From Polyangiaceae bacterium (GTDB lineage: Bacteria > Myxococcota_A > Polyangia > Polyangiales > Polyangiaceae), in NCBI GenBank assembly GCA_965222375.1, contig CBDCTZ010000013.1, positions 544,001-608,000 of the forward strand: a stretch of DNA of 64,000 nucleotides. Reading direction: 5' to 3'. The position numbers were made by a program, and so were the translations under genes. The notes beneath the pieces are model-generated. The model searched no databases, was not told where the DNA came from, and worked only from the letters and a program-made list of their open reading frames with translations. Shown here piece by piece: positions 56,706 to 64,000 of the stretch. The stretch's first letter is position 1, and the number at the start of each line of letters is the position of its first letter.

Positions 56706-58196
56706 ATGCCGCAGCGAGCCGCGAACAACGTGAGACGGTGGTTGCCCCTGTGGTTGTTCTGTGCTGCGGCCGCTTGTTCCGAACACGTTGATTCCGCTGA
56801 GGAAGTGCGAGCCAACGCAGCTGAGCCGTTGCAGGCGGCGGGCGATACATGCATCAGCTCGACCGAGTGCAGCCCGAGCGCTCCCTCTTGCGTGGACGGA
56901 GTGTGTTGCACTTCCCCATGCACTTCCCCATGCAACGCGTGCGCAGCTGCATTGAAGGAATCACTTTCGAATAGTGGCACCTGTGGACCAGCTCTTCGTG
57001 GCAGCGACCCACACGACGATTGCAGCGCGGACCCCGTGGCAAGCTGCGGAAAAACCGGCGGCTGCGACGGCAACGGCGCCTGCGCGATCTACCCGCAGGG
57101 CACGTCCTGCAAGACAACTTCTGGGCAAACCAACGCCTGCAACTTTCAAAGTGCCCTTGGACAAATCTGTTCGGGCACCGGCAGTGGCCTTTGCTACAAC
57201 GAAACGAGTCCGTCGGGTGTGCCCTGCGCGCCTTACCAATGCAAGAACGACGCTTGCGCGTTTCCGTGTGCGACTGATGGCGACTGCCAACCCCCGAACC
57301 GCTGCGAATTCGGGGTGTGTAAACCGAAACGCTTCAATGGCGCCGCTTGCAGCAACAAGAGCGAATGTGCCTCGGGGACGTGCCAGGACGGCGTTTGCTG
57401 CAACACGACCTGCGGCGCGCAATGTCAGGCCTGCAACGAGCCAGGTTCCGTTGGAACGTGCAAGACCGTGCTGGGCACTCCAGTTGGCACGAGACAACCG
57501 TGTGACGACGGGACTACTTGCGGCAAGGGTGTGTGTGGCGGCGACCCAGACAAGTGCGCGTATCCGTCCTCGGCGCAGACCTGCGGACCGGCAAGCTGCT
57601 CGGGTGACGTATCCGTTCCCGCGCCAACTTGCGACGGCAAAGGAAAGTGCGCCCAAGGAAGCACGACGACTTGCCAACCCTACGGCTGCAACGCCGCGAC
57701 CGGCGTGTGCCACACCGCCTGCAGCATGGATGGCGACTGCTCCCAGGGCGCGAAATGCGATACCGCCACCAGCAAGTGCGCGCTCACCGGGGCCACGTGC
57801 AAAGACGCTTTCACGGTTAGCCTCCCCAACGGCCAAACCGAGTCATGCGTTCCGTACCAATGCAAAGCTGGGAAGTGCCAACAGCAGTGCAGCGCGCCGG
57901 GGCAATGCGCCCCAGGCTATTCGTGCCAAGGCGGCGCATGCATGGCGGCGGCGGACGGCGGAGCGGGAGCTGGCGCAGGCAGCGGGGCAAACGCTGGGAG
58001 TGCGGGCAGCGGAGCTGGCGCGGGCGCGACGGATGGCAACGCCGAGTCCGACAGCGGGTGCGGCTGCGGCGTGCCGGGGTCGCAGCGGAACCCGAGCGGT
58101 CCCGCTGCGTTGGCATTGGCCCTAGTGCTGGCACGCCTACGACGACGCTACTTCAGCTTCTTGCGCGCGCGCGGATGCTGGAAGACAACCGTCTGA
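56706..58196 (+). CDS. Cys-rich repeat surface protein with MYXO-CTERM-like sorting signal
   Basis: CVDGVCC repeats; GCGCGVPG..hydrophobic..RLRRR tail. Start may be the GTG at 56730. Confidence 0.82.
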   Translation: MPQRAANNVRRWLPLWLFCAAAACSEHVDSAEEVRANAAEPLQAAGDTCISSTECSPSAPSCVDGVCCTSPCTSPCNACAAALKESLSNSGTCGPALRGSDPHDDCSADPVASCGKTGGCDGNGACAIYPQGTSCKTTSGQTNACNFQSALGQICSGTGSGLCYNETSPSGVPCAPYQCKNDACAFPCATDGDCQPPNRCEFGVCKPKRFNGAACSNKSECASGTCQDGVCCNTTCGAQCQACNEPGSVGTCKTVLGTPVGTRQPCDDGTTCGKGVCGGDPDKCAYPSSAQTCGPASCSGDVSVPAPTCDGKGKCAQGSTTTCQPYGCNAATGVCHTACSMDGDCSQGAKCDTATSKCALTGATCKDAFTVSLPNGQTESCVPYQCKAGKCQQQCSAPGQCAPGYSCQGGACMAAADGGAGAGAGSGANAGSAGSGAGAGATDGNAESDSGCGCGVPGSQRNPSGPAALALALVLARLRRRYFSFLRARGCWKTTV

Positions 58197-61100
58197 TCGC
58201 CGACCTGATTCCCGCGCTCATCGTACTCGCGCAAGTGCACCACAATGTCGCGGCCCCCCTTGCCCGCGGGTACACGAGCCTCGAGCGCGATTGGGTAGCG
58301 CTGGTTCGCGTCCTTTTCGAGCCGAACCAGCGCTCTTCGCGAGGGCACCTCCAAGTACCGGCGCCTGTTCTCGAGAACGACTCGCCCGCCGTCGACGTCG
58401 ATAGGCTCCAATCGCGGCCTTGTCTGAGCGCCGAACAACGTTCCAGGTGCGATCGCGAGTTCGCCCAGGATCCCGGCCAGCTTGGTGCGGATGCGAGTAG
58501 CTGCGAGGAACTCGAAGGCATCTTCGCGGACTGGATCCAGCCGGGCCGCCCACTTCTTCATGCGTCGCGCTTCCTCCTTGAAGTTCACGCGGTCCACGAA
58601 GTGGCGCTCGCCATCGTCGAGGGCCACGCGGACGCGTACGTCCTGCTCCGGGTGTTCGACCTCGACCACCAGATGCGTGTTGCGATCGATGCCGCGGCGG
58701 GTTCCAAGAATGAATGGCAAAATGCCGTAACGGAACCCTTTGCCAGCACCGCCACCAGATCCAGGACCAGGATCCGGATCAGGCGCTGGACCGGGTGCCG
58801 GCGGTGGCGGCGGCGGTATGAGGTTCACTAGCGACAGGTTCTTTTGGACCAGATTGTTGCGCGAATATGACTGACCATGAGCCAAATTCGCGCGCATCGG
58901 GTCAGTGAGCGCATCGACGATGAAAGCGTGGAAGTTCTCGAACGCGTGGTCATTGTCTGATCGCACGCTGCCAAGTAGGCAGAGGTGTGGCGAGCCGACG
59001 GGGACCACGACGCTTATCTTCGCGATGCGTTCTTCCCCGACGGCCAAAGTTGGAAACGTCACCGTGGGCGGCGCCAAGTAGTCGCCGGTCATGACTCCGA
59101 CAGCCTGATTGTAGTCCTCGGGATAGTCAAAGCCCATGGCGCAGCTGGCGAGCACCGCCTTGACGACGACGTTGGTTGCGACGGCCGGCCCCAGGTTCTT
59201 CACCCGCATGTAGAGGTAGTTCTCGTTCCCCTCCTCGAGTCGCCCTGCACGGTTGTAGTCATTGCGCACGACGTCGAAGGTGTCATCCACGGTGCCACCA
59301 AAGGCGGCTTGGAACTCTGCTTCTGTAGGCCGAACTGGGTCCGCACCGGCAACGTCGATCGTGGAAACGATCATGTCGGGACCGCCGGGCACTCCTGCAT
59401 AGGTGTACGGTTCTTCACCGACATCGTCGGGGCGTTCGCGGATCATCACGTCCGCGAAGGTGAGCGCCTTGCCCGCATTGATGCGCCCGAAGCCCGACTC
59501 CTCGTGCCAGGGATCTACTCGAGCGTGAGGCGGCGCGCCAAGCACCCATTCCCGGGTCACATCGATGTATTTGTAGGGCGTGGCCGCGGGGCCGGGCAGC
59601 ATGTCTGCAGTGCGTTCGAGGATGCGCTTGACGGCATCACGCCGCGCCACTACGTCCCCGGCAACGGGATAGTCCGGGTAGGTGGACACCAGCAGCGCGG
59701 CCGTGCCCGCCACCAGTGCGGCGGCCGCGGAGGTGCCTCCAAAATCGGAAATGTTGTCCGTTCCAAGTAGTGGGTCAAAACCGCTGCCGGCATCCACGTT
59801 GCGTCCGGCCATGCCGGTGAGATCGAGGGTGGTGATGTCCTCGCCTGGCGCGGTCACGCTGAGCTCATTGCCGTAGCGCGACGCCTGATGGTCAATCTCG
59901 GCTAACGGTCCTGGGTTGAGGTGCCGCGACTCGAGGAGCGCCCAGTCCTTGCGGCGGTTCGACGCGGCACAAGCGATGACTCCGGGATGAGCTGCAGGAA
60001 ATTTGAGTGTGTCTTCCGTGTCACTGGTGGAGTTGCCGGCGGGGACGACGATGATCTTTCCATCGGCAAACGCGGTGTCGAGATTGGTCGCGATCATGTC
60101 GAAATCAAAGTCACCACTCATCCAAACGTTGCTCACCATTCCCACCAGGATGATGTCGGCCTCCCAGGTACCAGCGGTCGCGGCGGCGATGCCTGCAGCG
60201 AGGTCCGCGCTCGAACCCGTATAGGTCGCCAAGCTGATCAGCTCGACGCTGCGCCCAAGCCCAGCTATTCGCCTCTGACTGATGGGCAAGAGGTCATCCC
60301 CATCGAAACGCGCAGCGACCAGGCCAGCCATCGCGGTGCCGTGCCAGCGGTACGTGTTGAAGATGTCGGGGTCTTCCACGCCGCTCGATGGCGGAAGGCT
60401 ACTGATGGCCAGCCCGGTGTTGCCCCCGCTCTGGAACAGGCTGTTGGAAGAGCCGTTGACCAAATTTGGGTGGGCGATTTCCACGCCGTTGTCGATCAGC
60501 GCGACCTTGACTGCCGCGCCAGTGCCCGCGGCGTGCTCCACCCAAGCCGTCGGCGCATCGATCCCTCCGTCCGCAGCGGGATCAGCGATAGGAGCGCTCG
60601 GATCGATGGCGCGCAAGTACCACTGACGGAAGTCCTCCGTGCCGGCATCCACGCCAGTGAACAAGCGGTCCACGGGGGATGCACTCGAGGCTACCGGCGA
60701 AACGTAGGGCACAACATCGAACTGAACGGAGCGCAGCAGCTGCGCGTGTTTCTCCAACAGCAACTGTCGAAGGCCAATGGAGGGCGCTGCCTTTGCGGAA
60801 CTCGCCGAGTAGTAGCGATACGGACGAAGCACCGCAAAGCGGTCATCGAGTTCGAAGCCGAGGTCGACTATGAGCTTGTTCAACTTCTTCGACGCGGAGT
60901 CGCTGGCAGGCAGCACGACCAGCGCGTTCACACGAATGGCTAGCAGCCCATCCGCGTCATCGCTGCTGCCCACGCGATAGACTGGGTTGAGGCTGAACCG
61001 TCCGCGCTCCAGCTGGGCGGGTTCGATGGGCTTGCCGTCAGGCGAACGCAGCCAGCGTTGGCGGCCCGTGTGGTTGACCGCAACGCTCCCTGCTTTGGAC

Positions 61101-61258
61101 TTGCCAGAATCAACGACTAGCCCAAGCTTCTTCGCCACTGCGTCCAGGTTGGCAGTGTCGCCCTTCTTCTTGGGATGGAAGGACAGCAGTGCGCGCGCCG
61201 GCTCCAGCTGGAGGGTGCCCGAAGGTCCATAGGCAAGCTTGGCGGGTACTTTGGTCAT
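58148..61258 (-). CDS. S8 subtilisin-like serine peptidase with C-terminal extension
   Basis: VALIDNG, HGTAMAG, VPAGNS, GTSAAAA; no obvious signal peptide. Confidence 0.9.
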   Translation of the reverse strand: MTKVPAKLAYGPSGTLQLEPARALLSFHPKKKGDTANLDAVAKKLGLVVDSGKSKAGSVAVNHTGRQRWLRSPDGKPIEPAQLERGRFSLNPVYRVGSSDDADGLLAIRVNALVVLPASDSASKKLNKLIVDLGFELDDRFAVLRPYRYYSASSAKAAPSIGLRQLLLEKHAQLLRSVQFDVVPYVSPVASSASPVDRLFTGVDAGTEDFRQWYLRAIDPSAPIADPAADGGIDAPTAWVEHAAGTGAAVKVALIDNGVEIAHPNLVNGSSNSLFQSGGNTGLAISSLPPSSGVEDPDIFNTYRWHGTAMAGLVAARFDGDDLLPISQRRIAGLGRSVELISLATYTGSSADLAAGIAAATAGTWEADIILVGMVSNVWMSGDFDFDMIATNLDTAFADGKIIVVPAGNSTSDTEDTLKFPAAHPGVIACAASNRRKDWALLESRHLNPGPLAEIDHQASRYGNELSVTAPGEDITTLDLTGMAGRNVDAGSGFDPLLGTDNISDFGGTSAAAALVAGTAALLVSTYPDYPVAGDVVARRDAVKRILERTADMLPGPAATPYKYIDVTREWVLGAPPHARVDPWHEESGFGRINAGKALTFADVMIRERPDDVGEEPYTYAGVPGGPDMIVSTIDVAGADPVRPTEAEFQAAFGGTVDDTFDVVRNDYNRAGRLEEGNENYLYMRVKNLGPAVATNVVVKAVLASCAMGFDYPEDYNQAVGVMTGDYLAPPTVTFPTLAVGEERIAKISVVVPVGSPHLCLLGSVRSDNDHAFENFHAFIVDALTDPMRANLAHGQSYSRNNLVQKNLSLVNLIPPPPPPAPGPAPDPDPGPGSGGGAGKGFRYGILPFILGTRRGIDRNTHLVVEVEHPEQDVRVRVALDDGERHFVDRVNFKEEARRMKKWAARLDPVREDAFEFLAATRIRTKLAGILGELAIAPGTLFGAQTRPRLEPIDVDGGRVVLENRRRYLEVPSRRALVRLEKDANQRYPIALEARVPAGKGGRDIVVHLREYDERGNQVGDQTVVFQHPRARKKLK

Positions 61259-61466
61259 TGGGGGCTCTCTTTCGCAGCGCCGCGGCCCCGGCTCGCAGGT
61301 GTGCTTTCAACGCCGCCGGGCCGAGCGGCGCGATGGGTAACCCCACTAGCGGCGGTAATGCAGGCGTCAGGGCTCGTCAATTACGCAGGAGCTGGCTGTG
61401 CCTTGCCGCTCAGATTCCACCGAAGTAGTTAGGTTGACGTACCAAGAATCTTCAACGGGGGTACTG

Positions 61467-64000
61467 ATGTCACGATACGTGAGGTTGTTCCGAGGGGTTG
61501 TTGTTTGCGGGCTCATCGCCAGGGCGGTTGCAGGCTGCTCCGGCGAGGAAGCAACCGAGCCGGTCGGGCACATGGGACCCACTGAGTCGAAACGCGGGTC
61601 CGCAAACGTCCTCGCGACGATGGAGCGGCTGGTCGCAGCGAATCCGGCAATCGCTGCTCGCCTCGCGCCCAATGATGCAAGGTGGGTCAAGGAGGGCTCG
61701 ACGTCCAAGCTCATCCCTAGCCGCTGGCGAAGACCTGGAAACGCCATTTCTGTCAGCGAGAGCGCCGGGAGCGTTCAGATCCGCCTCGGGGAAGACTCCG
61801 TGCGCTGGACACTTTTGGGCCTGGCTCACCAAAACCCGACGCAAACCGACGGCAGCCGCTTGCTGCGTCCGAACGCCTTCACGGACGCCGACCTGGTCGT
61901 CAGTGCGGGCAGCGACTACGTCGAAGAGCTCATCTTCTTGCGCACCGATTCCGCCCCCCGCTCCTACCTATGGAAGCTGGAGCTGCCCACTGGGTGGAAG
62001 GATCCGCGGCGCGGCGAAGACGGAGGCTGGGTACTAGCAGACGAAACGGGCACGCCTCGACTTGGGATTTCGCCCCCCATCGCGGTCGACGCCGCGGGCG
62101 CCGAAGAGCTTGCCGACATGAGCTGGACGACGGGGCGCTTTTCAGTGGAGTTAGACACGGCGGGCCTGCAGTTTCCCATCGTTCTAGATCCGAACATCTA
62201 CGTTTGGCAGGACAAGACTCCAAGTTCTGGCAATCCGGCCGGAGCGCGCGGCACTGGCCTCTCTTTCGACAGCGCACGCCAGCGCGCGGTGCGCTTCGGG
62301 GGCGCCACGACAACCGGCAACGGCTCCGAGGTGGCCAACACCTATGAGTGGAACGGAACCTCATGGACGCTGCGCTGTCCCTTTGGCTCCTGCTCGGTCC
62401 CGCCGGGCCTAGCGCGGGCGTTCCATTCCCAAGCTTACGACAGCGCCCGCAACCGGACCGTGGTTTTCGGCGGCGGCAACCAATCCGGCTATCCACCGGA
62501 CTGCGAGACGTGGGAGTGGAACGGTAGCGGAGCCGGTTCCTGGACGCAGTTGGCCATCGGCACCTGCGGCAGCGGACGCCCGGCCGCGCGGACCTTTGCC
62601 GCAATGGCTTTCGACGGCTCGTCTGGGCGTAACTACTCGCTGCTATTCGGCGGTGCCGACGCGGGCTTTGCTCCGCTTGGAGACTTGTGGTCCTGGAATG
62701 GCACGACTTGGACCTTGCGCTGCAACGCAGCTCCTTGTTCAACGACTGCCAAACCATCAGCGCGCTATGGCGCGGCCATGGCCTACGACTCCGACCGCAA
62801 CCGCGTGGTGCTATTCGGGGGCCATTCCAGCATAGACGAATGCGACACTTGGGAGTATCCGAGCGCCACGGGCACCTGGGTGCAACGCACGTCTGGCGGC
62901 TGCGGCACGACAGCGCCGCCAGCACGCTTCGGCCACACTATGGCCTATAACCCGTTCCGCAAACGCGTCATCATGGCGGGCGGCGCGTCGGCGGGCCCGA
63001 CCAACATCCCTGACACCTGGGAGTTCGACGGCGCCGCCGGCACGTGGACCCAAACGGTGACGAACGACCCCGGCGCAAATCGGCGAACGGCCGGCATGGC
63101 ATTCGATACGACCCGGCGGCGGGCCGTGCTCAGCGGCGGCCAAGGTTCCACAATCGTTCAGACCACCCACGAATACTATGCCTACGGCGGCAACTGCACG
63201 GCCGCGAGCGAGTGCGACACTGGGTTTTGCGTAGACGGCGTCTGCTGCACGGTGAGCAGTTGCCCCAATTGTTCTGATTGCAGTGGCACCACGGGTGCAT
63301 GCGCGGCCGTCAACGGAAGCCCGGATGCACCCGGGTGCCCGGGCTCAACCAGCACTTGCGTCTCCGGCGCTTGCAAGCTGCTCGCAGGCCAGCCCTGCAG
63401 CCCAGACGGCGCACACGCCGGGTGCCAGAGCGGTCAGTGTCGAGATGGCGTGTGCTGCAACACCGCGTGCACCACCACCTGTTTCTCCTGTGCCCTCTCG
63501 GGCTCAGTCGGTACTTGTTCCCCAATCCCTACAGGGCCAGACACCGGCTGTCTCACGGCGCAAGGCAAGGTCTGCCAGGCGGGCACGTGCAAAGAAATCG
63601 ACGGGCAACCGTGCTCTCCAGACGGAGCCAACACTGCGTGCAACAGCGGGCAGTGTAGTGACGGAGTTTGTTGCAACACGGCGTGCAGCGGCGGCTGCGA
63701 TGCCTGCGCCGCGAGTGCGGGCGCTAGCGCGGACGGCACTTGCACCATTCTGGCCAAAGGCGCAACCGGAACTGGCTGCAGCCCGTACTTGTGCGGCGGC
63801 ACCAGCGCGACCTGCCCCAGCACGTGCTCTGTCGATGGAGACTGCGCGACCACCCACTACTGCTCCAGTGGCGCCTGCGTGCCGAAGGTAGCGCAGGGGG
63901 GCAACTGCAGTACATCGAATCAGTGCCAAGGCACACTGCTCTGTTCGACAGACGGCGTCTGCTGTAATTCCCTTTGTGATCAAACCTGTCGCGCGTGCCG
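61467..64000 (+). CDS. Large lipoprotein with Kelch-like repeats and Cys-rich repeats (runs off the window)
   Basis: Manual translation MSRYVRLFRGVVVCGLIARAVAGC; repeats AYDSARNRTVVFGG..TWEWNG; CVDGVCC units. Absent from the ORF track because no stop falls inside the window. Confidence 0.85.
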   Translation, partial: MSRYVRLFRGVVVCGLIARAVAGCSGEEATEPVGHMGPTESKRGSANVLATMERLVAANPAIAARLAPNDARWVKEGSTSKLIPSRWRRPGNAISVSESAGSVQIRLGEDSVRWTLLGLAHQNPTQTDGSRLLRPNAFTDADLVVSAGSDYVEELIFLRTDSAPRSYLWKLELPTGWKDPRRGEDGGWVLADETGTPRLGISPPIAVDAAGAEELADMSWTTGRFSVELDTAGLQFPIVLDPNIYVWQDKTPSSGNPAGARGTGLSFDSARQRAVRFGGATTTGNGSEVANTYEWNGTSWTLRCPFGSCSVPPGLARAFHSQAYDSARNRTVVFGGGNQSGYPPDCETWEWNGSGAGSWTQLAIGTCGSGRPAARTFAAMAFDGSSGRNYSLLFGGADAGFAPLGDLWSWNGTTWTLRCNAAPCSTTAKPSARYGAAMAYDSDRNRVVLFGGHSSIDECDTWEYPSATGTWVQRTSGGCGTTAPPARFGHTMAYNPFRKRVIMAGGASAGPTNIPDTWEFDGAAGTWTQTVTNDPGANRRTAGMAFDTTRRRAVLSGGQGSTIVQTTHEYYAYGGNCTAASECDTGFCVDGVCCTVSSCPNCSDCSGTTGACAAVNGSPDAPGCPGSTSTCVSGACKLLAGQPCSPDGAHAGCQSGQCRDGVCCNTACTTTCFSCALSGSVGTCSPIPTGPDTGCLTAQGKVCQAGTCKEIDGQPCSPDGANTACNSGQCSDGVCCNTACSGGCDACAASAGASADGTCTILAKGATGTGCSPYLCGGTSATCPSTCSVDGDCATTHYCSSGACVPKVAQGGNCSTSNQCQGTLLCSTDGVCCNSLCDQTCRAC

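Overview
GC-rich window that looks myxobacterial (Polyangiaceae-like): Gly/Ser-linker Cys-rich lipoproteins, a MYXO-CTERM protein, and Ser/Thr kinase-TPR/PEGA modules. The taxon is inferred from gene style only. It opens in the left end of an IS200-family element and holds about 48 genes, mostly envelope or secreted proteins, plus a beta-carbonic anhydrase, an alpha-2-macroglobulin, a MutS-domain ATPase, a thiolase/3-hydroxyacyl-CoA dehydrogenase pair and an S8 protease. The best candidate for an undescribed system is a regulatory circuit readable from the DNA at about 29.4-36.3 kb. A RegB/RegA-type two-component pair is split by a YtkA/FixH-like lipoprotein and an outer-membrane barrel, next to a His-rich lipoprotein. 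Two near-identical RegA/RegR-type boxes each lie exactly 23 nt upstream of a -10-like hexamer, one before each target unit. A 20-bp sequence with a palindromic core is shared by the TetR start codon and the esterase-regB promoter. Other highlights: a lipoprotein with a BIL-type Hint domain, an operon with a pseudokinase and a pseudo-M61 peptidase, a truncated di-heme NirS-like gene, a lipoprotein with atypical heme motifs, and several lesions at 39.9-46.1 kb (one in-frame TGA, two apparent deletion junctions). No rRNA, tRNA or CRISPR array was seen. Product calls come from motif recognition, not database searches.
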